Assembly (NCBI GenBank): GCA_963422375.2
Contig: OY729428.2
Location: 3,040,001-3,104,000 of the forward strand
Source: Bryobacterales bacterium
GTDB taxonomy: Bacteria > Acidobacteriota > Terriglobia > Bryobacterales > UBA6623
Length of the DNA: 64,000 bases
Direction of reading: 5' to 3'
Both the position numbers and the translations under genes were made by a program. The notes beneath the pieces are model-generated. The model worked only from the letters and a program-made list of their open reading frames with translations. It was not told the origin of the DNA and did not search any database. Positions 46,035 through 54,796 of this stretch are shown here, piece by piece (positions within the stretch are counted from its first letter, which is position 1; each line of letters starts with the position of its first letter).

Positions 46035-47581
46035 GGGAATTATATATCTGAGTGCCGACGACGCCAGGTCCGACTAGAACTGCTGTGAGCAGGGAGGTCG
46101 GTGTCGAGCTGGGGTCATTCGAGTGCGGCCGCGGCAGGCACGGAGGGGTGGGATCGTATCTGAATCGAGCCTGCCAGCGGATTGGACGAGGAACGGACTA
46201 GAGAGGCCGCCTCGCATGCCCCGGTGGAACCCGGTGGAACCCGGTTGGCGGTGGAAGGGCACCCCTTGCAAGCCGATTGCAGGCCATCCGAGGGCCGAAG
46301 ACAGCGGATCCCCGGCGCTCGACGGCCTGCATGGACGGTCCGGGCCGGACTGGAGTCGCACCGGGGCATGCCGGATCCGGTGCGCCCCTCGTACCGAGCG
46401 TGCAGCGCACCGAGCGCACCGAGCGTGCAGAGCGCCCCCGCAGCGGGCTGCCGCGCTCAGCTCGGCGGGCGCCGCTCGGGCCGCGACCGCGGCCTTGCCG
46501 GTCAGCTGCCGGTAGGTCAGCGTCCGGCCGGCCAGGCCCCGCGCCATGCGCCGCATCTGTTCCGCCGTTGTTCCGCCGTGTCGCAGTCGCGGTCGTTGCA
46601 CCGTCCCGCGAACTCCGTCAGGTAGCGGCCGAGATGACGGACGCTCATCCGGTGATAGGTGCCGTACAGGCCGCGCTTGAACAGGGACCCAAACGACTCG
46701 ATGCCGTTCGTATGCGCCGCCCCGCGCACGTGCTCGCCGCCGGAGTGCCTGACGGCTTCGTGCGCGAACTCCGCCATGCCGGCGTAGGCCGCCGCCTCGT
46801 CGGAGCGGACCTGCGCGCCCGGCGCGACCCGGCCGCGCACGAAGCCCTGCAGGTCGCCCTTGGCGGTGCCCGGCAGCGGCCGCGCGGCCACTTCGTTCGT
46901 GGCGCGGTCCCGCGCCCCCGCCACGGGCGTCTTGCCGACGGACCCGCGCCCGGCACGGGCCTTCTTCCTCTCGTGCTTGTTGCGTTCCTTGCCGCCGACG
47001 TAGGTCTCGTCCACCTCCACCGGGCCGGCGAACAGGCCCTGATCGCGCTCCCGGCACGCGCGGATGCGGTGCGCCAGGTGCCAGGCCGACTTCCGGCTGA
47101 TGCCCGGGTCGCGGTGCAGCTGCATGCTCGAGACGCCCTTGATGCCGGTGGTCAGCAGGAACAGGGCGACGGCCCGGGTGCGATAGCCGAGCTCGGTGTC
47201 GGCCGTCACGCTGCCGGTGCGCACGGAAAAGCGCCTGCCGCAGCCGCGGCAACGGTACGGCATCGAAGGGTGGGCAGCGCCGGACTGCACGCTGGAGCCG
47301 CGGCAGTGGGGGCATACCGGACCGTCGGGCCAGCGCATGGAGGCGAACCACTTTTCCGCGGATTCGTCATCGCGGAACATGGCGATCACTTCAATCAGAG
47401 TGATGCCTTTACGAAACCACTTCCCGGGGCCTTTCTGCTTCATAGACGACCTCATATATTGGAACTATTCTATCAATATACTCCACCGACTGTCAACAGA
47501 TCTCCGGAAGAAATATGAAATTAATTTATGGACTGATAATTTGCAAAATCGGTTGCCTAGGCACTCAGATATATAATTCCC
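46035..47581 (-). mobile_element. IS1595-family, ISNwi1-type ends (copy B1); transposase ~46477-47443 frameshifted
   Basis: TIR gggaattatatatctgagtgcc at both ends; VEVDETYVGG, SDE, HTNGIESF; 11-bp duplication at 46558-46579; flanks cttaataa / tttacgaa differ. Confidence 0.93.
47467..47496 (-). promoter_or_regulatory. Sigma70-like transposase promoter of B1
   Basis: TTGACA-N18-TAGAAT; hexamers conserved while spacers vary in B2 (56141-56170, TTGACA-N18-TAAAAT) and B3 (62555-62584, TTGAAA-N18-TAGAAT). Confidence 0.7.
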
Positions 47582-47754
47582 TTTACGAAACCACTTTCCG
47601 GGGCCTTTTCTCTTCATTTACGGTATCCTATACTGAAACTATGCTGCCAAGACACACCACAGAATGTCAACGGAGATCTGGAAGAAATATGAAATTTGTT
47701 ATGGATTGATAAGTTGCTGACTTGGTTCCCTCCGAACTCAGATATATAATTCCC
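47582..47754 (-). mobile_element. Left-end remnant of another B-type IS (B0) abutting B1
   Basis: Encodes MKRKGPGKWFRK then is cut by the B1 TIR; ends in ctcagatatataattccc. Confidence 0.88.
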
Positions 47755-47897
47755 AAAAAAGCCCACCGAGCTGTTCGAAAAGAAATGCACATGCACCACC
47801 ACAATGCCCGTGCGACCGAACGTTGAAGAGTATAGCACAACGGATAAGGAGGAACGCAATGGCCGGGAATTCGCCAGCGCACATTACAATTACGAAA

Positions 47898-48930
47898 GGG
47901 GATTATCTTGAATAGTGTCCGCAGTCCGTTTGCAAGCGTGGACCGGTTGCGCGAATCCTGCTGCCAGGCGCTGGCTGGCAGCGCCAGAAGGAAGCCGCCA
48001 TGCGGCCCGCAGACGTTCGACGTCCATGCCTCCCATGCAGCGCAGTGGCAGCGCAGTGCTGGTCGCGGCAGCGGTCTCCGGTTGCACAGCGACGCTGCGC
48101 GCACAGACGCACTCCTGCGGCAGGGGGACGTTCCCGGTCGGAGTCGCAGTCTCTCCGGGAGTGTACCGGGCGGCACACGTTCCTGTTACCGGGAGCGGCT
48201 GTCCGGGGTCGGCGGAACCCCCGACGCAGTCATTGCCAACGGCATCCAGGGCGGGTCCGCCCTTGTTGCAAGCGCCTCGACCGACCCTTCCGGGAACGGG
48301 ACGGGTCCGCAGGACCGCGGAGGAAGCCGGGAGCAGACTGGCAGCGCGGGCCGCTTCCGAGCCGTGCGTCTACCCGTGCCGGGACAGGGCGGTCTGCGAC
48401 CGGACTGCAGGATCTGACGAGCTGGCGTCCCGCTGCCTGGAAGCCCAGGCCAGCCACTCCCCGTTCACCGCTAGCCCGCCTGTCCAGCTGGCGATCGCTG
48501 ACGCCTCCCGCGCAGGCTCTTGCACGGGTCCCGCTAGCTGGAGTCGATCGAGAGAACGCTGTCACGGGGACAGCGCCTGCGAGCGAGAAGACGCTCCGCT
48601 GCGCTATCCGTCCGAGATCACGCAGGCAATCCTGAACCGCCACCGCGAGCGGAACCCGCGTTGAGGGCAGGACCTCCGGCCGGAGTGGCGGGTCGACCGT
48701 TAACGGCGCGGTCGCTTCGGCTTGCAGCATGCGACCTTGACCGTCCGGGTGATGGCCTGCAGCGCCTCTTCGAACGTTGCGTCCGCTCGCAGGTCCTCTT
48801 CCTCCGGCTCCTCGCGGGTCGGCTGGCAGCCGGGGTCGATCAGCCTGACGGTCGGCGGTTCGGATTGCTGGACCGGTTGCATGCTCGTGCATCGCGGGAA
48901 CGGAATTTGGGCACTATTCGATATAATGGC
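47898..48930. mobile_element. Putative non-autonomous IS1595-type cassette (no transposase)
   Basis: Imperfect TIRs gggattatcttgaatagtgtcc vs gccattatatcgaatagtgccc (17/22); no TSD seen. Confidence 0.6.
48700..48882 (-). CDS. Small IS-associated hypothetical protein (possibly decayed)
   Basis: EPPTVRLIDPGCQPTREEPEEEDLRADATFEEALQAITRTVKV aligns with ORF 54560-54769. Confidence 0.6.
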   Translation of the reverse strand: MQPVQQSEPPTVRLIDPGCQPTREEPEEEDLRADATFEEALQAITRTVKVACCKPKRPRR

Positions 48931-48935
48931 TGGCC

Positions 48936-51900
48936 ATGGGCGGCCCGGTTCGCATGAATCGAGCAATGTATCGGAAAGAGACGCCCGTCAGAACTAGGAT
49001 CTCGCTCCTGATCCTGCTGGCAGCGGCCGGCCCGCTGTTCCTCGCTGCCCAGACGCAGCCGGTCACCCGTACGTCGTTCGAGTCGTCCGAGGGCACGTTC
49101 ACGACCAGATCCGTTGCGGAGAACTCCTTTGCCGGCGTCAATGTCGGGAGCCCGGTTTCCGCCGTTGGCAGCGGTTCGCTGGCCTACACGCTGAGCGGCA
49201 CCGATGCCGGCAGTTTCTCGATCGTTGCAGGCACCGGCCAGATCCGCACGAAAGACGGCGTGACCTATGACTACGAGACCAAGAACCGGTACTCCGTGAC
49301 GGTCGGCGTGGAAGACGGCAGCGGCAACACGGACACCATCGCCGTGGCCATCGAGATCGAGGACCTGGGACCCTCCTGCATGGCTCCGCCGGACTTCCGA
49401 ACCATTACGGGAGACAGAAGCGTCACCGTCCGCTGGACTCCGCTGGAAGACACCGAGGGCAATGCGCGTGTCTGGGGCTACCAGGTCGAGATGCGGCGGG
49501 GGTCGAACGGAATTTGGGGAACCCCTAGGACCCTGCTGGGCCGCGAGGTGACGGGAACGGTGTACACCGGCCTGCTGAATGCCATCCCGCACCAGTTCCG
49601 GATCCGGCCTCTGCAGGCCGAGAGCGACTGCGAATGGCGGGAATCGGAGATCGTCAGCCCCCAGGTTGCGCAGCGAGCGCCCCGGGATCCCGAGGAGCAC
49701 TTCCGGAGAGTCGGTCGCCGGCCTGTCGGCACGCCCGAGAGGAACTACCGGTTCCTGAGCCCGGAACGGTGCCGCCACACCGCCGGAAGCTCGACGCTGG
49801 ACGCCACCTGCCGGTATGCGAACACGGGCCCGCGTTCCGGGACGATCACTCTGGAGTTCGATGATCCGTCCCAGCCGGGCTGCGAGGTCTCGCTGGCCTA
49901 CTCGTCGCTGACAGCAGGATCGTTCCGTGACGAGTGCTTCGGCGCCGGCGTCCGTGTCGCGGTCGACTTCGACACCTCCTTCCGCCTGCCGCCGATGCCG
50001 GAAGCGGAGGAGCAGGAGATCCCGAGAGCGCCACGCTCGCAGGAGGAATTCGAGGTGCTGGCATGGGGCCGGGACGATCTCGTGCCGGGTCTCGGGTTCA
50101 GCTGCCCGCCAGGCATCCCGGATTGCGAGTTCGTCCCGGGCAAGGCGTACAGGATCGAGCGCGATCCGGACGCGCGCACGATCACCTACGCCGCAGGATC
50201 CTACTTCTACGAGAGAACCGGTCCGGCTCGAGGCGTTCTGACGTTCAAGGGAAGGGACGGCAAGACATTCGTCTTCACCCTGGATGTCCAGCCCTCCGGG
50301 AGGATGCAGATGACGGTCGCCGACCCGGACGGGAACTCGCCGGGATGGCCGGGCATGCCGGACACATTGCTGCAGGGAAGCTCGCTGCCGGTTCTCCTGC
50401 CTATCCCGCCGTCCTGGTCGGCAGCCATGGAAGTCGAGTCGGACATAGCTCCCGAGGACTTCGCGGAACTGGAACTGCGCATACCCGAGAATCCGGACAA
50501 TCCAAGTTCCCGAGTCCAAAGCCTCCTGCTCGGCGACACCTGGGACAGGGCCTTCATGGGCGGCTCGTTGGCTTTCGCCCACGACTACAGCTACAGGAAG
50601 ATCGGACGGAACCGTGCAACCCTGACAATCACATGGGAGCTCACTCGCGAACTTGCTGACGGAACCTCCCCCACCCCGCTGCAACAGTCCCTGCTCGGGA
50701 CCGGGTGGGTCTTTGACATCCGCTTCGGCACGGAGGATTCAGCCACTTTCGAGCTCACCATCACGCGGGAGGAGGGGGGGCCGATTACTCTCCGCAGGTT
50801 CCTCGACCTGAAGGCCGGAAGCAGCAGCACCGACACCTTCCCGGACGAGCTGACGCTTCCGGACGAGCCTCCCCAAGAATCCGGCCAGGACAGCACCGGG
50901 GTGCAGATCGCGCCCGTGACCACGCCTGCAGGGATCTGGCAGAACGACATCCAGACCTTCCTTGTCCACAATGCCGGTCCGCAGACTGCAAGCTACGCAC
51001 CCGGAGACTGGCTGGAGCCCAAGGACGGCGGCAACCAGAGGATGATGGTGGTGGCATCCGGCCAGCCTGCCACCGCCGGGCCGACAGCCCGGGCACGGCC
51101 TTCCAAGCTGCGGGAACCTGCCATGCCTGCAAGATTGGGCAGCCTCGCCGGACTGCTTCCCTACCGGCCACCGGATTCGCCGCCGCCACCGCAGCAGTCG
51201 ATGAATCCCGCCCTCACTCAGATATCCGTCGTCTGCATGCAGCGGGAACGGGATGTGCCGCCACGCGGCGCCCGGTACTTCTCGCAGCCGAAAACAGCCG
51301 AGGGAGAGGTGCAGCTGTGCCAGAAGAACTGCGCGACGGCAGGTGGCGATGCCATCCAGCGATGCGTCTGGGACTGCGAGACGAATCCATCCGGCGAAAC
51401 GTACACACCTACACCCGTCTGGACTGTGCGTGTGGGGCAGGTCCGGATGTACGATTGGACCTTGAGCGGCTGTATGGCTCGCAAATGGAACGAGAGCTCG
51501 AAATGGCAGAGGAGGGACGACGAAGGCAGCCCCTGGACCGACATTCCCGGCACGGAACGGACCGGCAGTGTCTGCTCGTACTCGCCTACCGAGACCGGTC
51601 AATACCGGGCGGTAGGGGTCCTGACTATCGACGGCAATAGAGACAGGTACGCCTCCAATAACATCCTGACCGTGGAGGGATCGCCGGAAAAGCCGAGTTT
51701 CGGCACTGCCACAGTGAGCAATCAGACCGGAACTTTTTTTAATCTGTTTCTGCCGGAAGCGAGCGGGGGCGACGGGACGCTGTCCTACAGTCTCTCTCCC
51801 AGCGTGCCCGGATTGGAGTTCGACTCCTCCACGCGCCTCCGCCACCTATTCGGCAGGCCGGAGGCAGCCGGCACGTACAGCATGACGTACACAGCCCGCG

Positions 51901-52994
51901 ACGTCGACGGGGACATTGCCACCCTCAACTTCATCCTGACTGTGATGCCCACTACTGTGATGCCCACTGTCGATCTGGTCGTAAGCGGGACTTCGGTCAG
52001 CAGTACCCATCTGGTTTCAGGGCAGTCCTTCGACTTTACAGCCAGGCCTAGCAACCGCGGAACCGCCGCGGCCGCCGCCACGACCCTGCGCTTCTACCTC
52101 TCGACCGACTACCCGGTCTCGACCGATGGCACCCCTGTCGGCACGGCCGCGGTGGGCGCGCTGTCCCCTTCTGGCAGTATCGTCCAGACGATGACTCTGA
52201 CAGCTCCAACGACTGGAGGAACCTACCACTACGTCGCCTGCGTCGACACGGTGTCCGGGGAATCCGATACTAGCAACAACTGCTCCAGTTCTAGCCAAAT
52301 CGTAGTCGAGGCCCTTAGGTCAGACTTGGTGGTCGAGTCTCCCTCCGTGAGCAACAGCAGTCCGACGACAGGTAGCTCCTTCCGGGTCGAGGTCACTGTT
52401 CGTAACCGCGGAGCCGGCGCGGCCGCCGCCACGACCCTGCGCTTCTACCGCTCGACCGACCGCACGATCTCGACCGACGACACCCATGTCGGCACGGCCG
52501 CGGTGGGCGCGCTGTCCCCTTCTGGCAGTATCGTCCAGACGATGACTCTGACAGCTCCAACGACTGGAGGAACCTACTACTACGGCACCTGCGTCGACAC
52601 AGTGTCCGGGGAATCCGATACCAGCAACAACTGCTCCAGTTCTGTAGCGGTGTTCGGTGGAGGACCGTTCCCCCCATATGATCTCGCTATAACGAGAACC
52701 GAACTCCATGCCCCATCTATCGTTCGTCTAGATGAATCTCCAATATATATGACGGTCGTCGTGACCAACAACGGTCCGAACGCTTCACGACCTGCAATGC
52801 TGAGGTTTTCGGGAGGAGCCGAACGCGATATACCCGTATTGCAGCCAAATGAAACAAAGACATATTATAGAAAATGGGTAGGTCGCGCGTCGTGGGGAAT
52901 AACCACATATCAAGCTTGCATAGTAGAGACTCCGGCCGACACGAAAACTAGCAATAACTGTTCTTCTCGATCTGTAACGTATATTCCGCAATAA
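48936..52994 (+). CDS. Large secreted/surface protein: cadherin, FN3, unknown repeats, putative Ig, 3x CARDB-like
   Basis: Signal peptide; RSVAENS..VGSPVSA..YTLSGTDA..DYETK..Y.VTV (cadherin); TGDRSVTVRW..GYQV..LLN (FN3); LPEASGGDG.LSYSL..PGL.F (Ig); DLVV..V.NRG..ESDTSNNC (CARDB). True start may be a little downstream. Confidence 0.85.
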   Translation: MGGPVRMNRAMYRKETPVRTRISLLILLAAAGPLFLAAQTQPVTRTSFESSEGTFTTRSVAENSFAGVNVGSPVSAVGSGSLAYTLSGTDAGSFSIVAGTGQIRTKDGVTYDYETKNRYSVTVGVEDGSGNTDTIAVAIEIEDLGPSCMAPPDFRTITGDRSVTVRWTPLEDTEGNARVWGYQVEMRRGSNGIWGTPRTLLGREVTGTVYTGLLNAIPHQFRIRPLQAESDCEWRESEIVSPQVAQRAPRDPEEHFRRVGRRPVGTPERNYRFLSPERCRHTAGSSTLDATCRYANTGPRSGTITLEFDDPSQPGCEVSLAYSSLTAGSFRDECFGAGVRVAVDFDTSFRLPPMPEAEEQEIPRAPRSQEEFEVLAWGRDDLVPGLGFSCPPGIPDCEFVPGKAYRIERDPDARTITYAAGSYFYERTGPARGVLTFKGRDGKTFVFTLDVQPSGRMQMTVADPDGNSPGWPGMPDTLLQGSSLPVLLPIPPSWSAAMEVESDIAPEDFAELELRIPENPDNPSSRVQSLLLGDTWDRAFMGGSLAFAHDYSYRKIGRNRATLTITWELTRELADGTSPTPLQQSLLGTGWVFDIRFGTEDSATFELTITREEGGPITLRRFLDLKAGSSSTDTFPDELTLPDEPPQESGQDSTGVQIAPVTTPAGIWQNDIQTFLVHNAGPQTASYAPGDWLEPKDGGNQRMMVVASGQPATAGPTARARPSKLREPAMPARLGSLAGLLPYRPPDSPPPPQQSMNPALTQISVVCMQRERDVPPRGARYFSQPKTAEGEVQLCQKNCATAGGDAIQRCVWDCETNPSGETYTPTPVWTVRVGQVRMYDWTLSGCMARKWNESSKWQRRDDEGSPWTDIPGTERTGSVCSYSPTETGQYRAVGVLTIDGNRDRYASNNILTVEGSPEKPSFGTATVSNQTGTFFNLFLPEASGGDGTLSYSLSPSVPGLEFDSSTRLRHLFGRPEAAGTYSMTYTARDVDGDIATLNFILTVMPTTVMPTVDLVVSGTSVSSTHLVSGQSFDFTARPSNRGTAAAAATTLRFYLSTDYPVSTDGTPVGTAAVGALSPSGSIVQTMTLTAPTTGGTYHYVACVDTVSGESDTSNNCSSSSQIVVEALRSDLVVESPSVSNSSPTTGSSFRVEVTVRNRGAGAAAATTLRFYRSTDRTISTDDTHVGTAAVGALSPSGSIVQTMTLTAPTTGGTYYYGTCVDTVSGESDTSNNCSSSVAVFGGGPFPPYDLAITRTELHAPSIVRLDESPIYMTVVVTNNGPNASRPAMLRFSGGAERDIPVLQPNETKTYYRKWVGRASWGITTYQACIVETPADTKTSNNCSSRSVTYIPQ
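52053..52641 (+). repeat. Intragenic CARDB duplication, 351-bp period
   Basis: 52053-52290 vs 52404-52641; 91-bp identical core 52136-52226 / 52487-52577. Confidence 0.92.
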
Positions 52995-53019
52995 CTGTTC
53001 TTCTCGATCTGTAACGTAT
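52951..53019. repeat. 32-bp direct repeat at the 3' end of the surface-protein gene
   Basis: gcaataactgttcttctcgatctgtaacgtat at 52951-52982 and 52988-53019. Confidence 0.95.
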
Positions 53020-53180
53020 GGATGTTAACGCGTACTCTCAAGCAGCGCGCTTGAGGTTAGTGGCGGGCCAATGCTGCTAAGGCCCCCCTTGTATTGGAGG
53101 TTATATCCTAAAGTCACAAAGCAGTTGACTTGGCCCGCGGCATCCCTCACCCTGCAGTCACAATTCGGGGAGGGCGGACG

Positions 53181-54185
53181 ATGACGCAGAAGGCTCCGGG
53201 CAAGGCTCACCGCAAGGGATTGACACTGCTCCAGGTTGCCGGGATGTTCGGCGACGAGGCCAACGCGATGGCGTGGATTACCGAGCGCCGTTGGTCCGAA
53301 CGGCCCCCACTGCCCGAGATGCGGCTCGTTCAACGTCCAGTCGAACATCAAGCATCGGTCCATGACCCATCGCTGCCGGGACTGTAATACCGGCAAGAGC
53401 CGAGCCATGTTCACGCTCAAGATGGGCACGGTCATGGAAAGCTCCAAGCTCCCGTACCGCGTGTGGGCCATCGGCATCTACCTGTTTGCCACCAGCCTCA
53501 AGGGCGTGTCGAGCATGAAGCTGCACCGCGAGCTCGGCATCACGCAGAAGGCGGCGTGGTGCATGCTCCACCGGCTGCGCAAGACGAAGGCATCGGGTGC
53601 GGGCTGGTTCTCAGGTCCGGTCGAGGTTGACGAGACGCACATGGGCGGCAAGCGCGCCAGCATGAGCAACGCCAAGCGCCGCGAGCTGGCCGACGAAGGC
53701 GCGAGCCGGGGAGCCGCGGGCAAGGTCGCTGTGGTCGGGGCGCAGGACAGGGCCACCAAGCAGGTGCGCGCCCAGGTCGTCGAGAACACCGACAAACCCA
53801 CGCTACAGAGCTTCGTCATCGACAGCACCGTCCCGGATGCGACGGTCTGCACTGACGAGGCGGCAGCCTGCGAAGGTCTCCCGATGGCGCACGCTGCGGT
53901 CAAGCACAGCGTCAAGGAGTTCGTCCGGGGACAGCCGGGGACAGGTGCACACCAGCAGCATGGAGTCCTTCCGGTCGCTGTTCAAGCGCGGGTATGTCGG
54001 CGTCTGCCACAAGATGTCGCCCAAGCGCCTAGACCGCTACGTCACCGAGTTCCAGGGACGCCACAACGTCCGCGAATCCGACACCATCGACCAGATGGGC
54101 GGGGTCGTTGAGGACATGGGCGGTAAGCGACTCCGCTACCGTGACCTCGTCAAGCCCCATGGGCTGCCGAGCGGAGCGCGGGGGG
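53181..54185 (+). pseudogene. IS1595 transposase of element C, two frameshifts
   Basis: APGKAHRKGLTL, CPRCGS, KGVSSMKLHRELG, VEVDETH, TDE, HTSSMESF, LRYRDL; shifts near 53300 and 53935. Confidence 0.9.
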
Positions 54186-54189
54186 GGCG

Positions 54190-54563
54190 CTGGCCCCGCC
54201 GGAGCCGATTGAGCGCCGTCGCCCGGACTGGCGGTCATCGAGTGCGAAGCGACTCATGCCGCAACTCCAGGTCAAGGGGCCAACCCCGCGCCGGTGGGGA
54301 ACAAAGCTCGCGGTCGCGGTGGATGTGCCGTTCTTCGAGGCGGTCGGCGGTCCATCTGAGACACCATCGCAAGATCTGAACGACGGCGATATCGTCTGGC
54401 GGGTTCCCCGAGTCACCGACGATTACTGCCTTGTCCCGCATCATTGGAAGTGCTCTCGCTCGCAGCCTCTTGCGACAAGTTGCTGTCGGCAGAAACGGTG
54501 CGCCGGCAGGAATTCGAGGACGTGCTTCGCACGAAGCTGCAACGCATCGGAGACCGACCATGA
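54190..54563 (+). pseudogene. C-terminal fragment of a NotI-family restriction endonuclease
   Basis: RRRPDWRSSSAKRLMPQLQVKGPTPRRWGTKLAVAVDVPFF..GDIVW, then after a frameshift LSLAASCDKLLSAETVRRQEFEDVLRTKL..*; matches recalled NotI-family motif. Confidence 0.75.
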
Positions 54564-54769
54564 AACGCACCGCCCGCCCGCCCGCGGACATCCCGGAACC
54601 GCGAACCGTCGTGCTCCCGCCGCAGGACTACCAGCCGAGCAAGGCGGAACTGGAGAAGGAATGCGACATGCCGGGGATGTCGGACGAGGAGTTGCGTCGG
54701 GCGTTCTTCAGGCCGATCCGGGTCGTGCGCCAAACGCTTGGTTCCGAGTGGTTTTCAGCCCGTTTGTAA
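54560..54769 (+). CDS. Small IS-associated hypothetical protein (69 aa)
   Basis: RBS ggaga; ATGA overlap with the upstream gene; EPRTVVLPPQDYQPSKAELEKECDMPGMSDEELRRAFFRPIRVV; stop lies inside the right TIR. Confidence 0.7.
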   Translation: MKRTARPPADIPEPRTVVLPPQDYQPSKAELEKECDMPGMSDEELRRAFFRPIRVVRQTLGSEWFSARL

Positions 54770-54796
54770 CTTTAAGATATAATCCCCAATTGAAAA

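Larger units (their letters stand above)
53096..54787 (+). mobile_element. IS1595-family passenger-carrying element (copy C, ISNwi1-type ends)
   Basis: TIRs ggaggttatatcctaaagtcacaaa / tttgtaactttaagatataatcccc (21/25) enclose transposase plus two further coding segments. Confidence 0.85.

Noticed and set aside
683..50684. Numerous long Arg/Gly/Pro-rich overlapping ORFs (e.g. 683-2119, 19279-20886, 37582-39072, 48840-50684)
   Set aside because: Shadow frames of real genes in high-GC DNA
52053..52641. DGR template/variable repeat pair
   Set aside because: Differences are not adenine-specific, both copies are in-frame domains, and there is no reverse transcriptase in the window
52951..53019. 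Mini CRISPR array (32-bp repeat)
   Set aside because: Only two copies, a 5-bp spacer, coding-derived sequence, no cas genes
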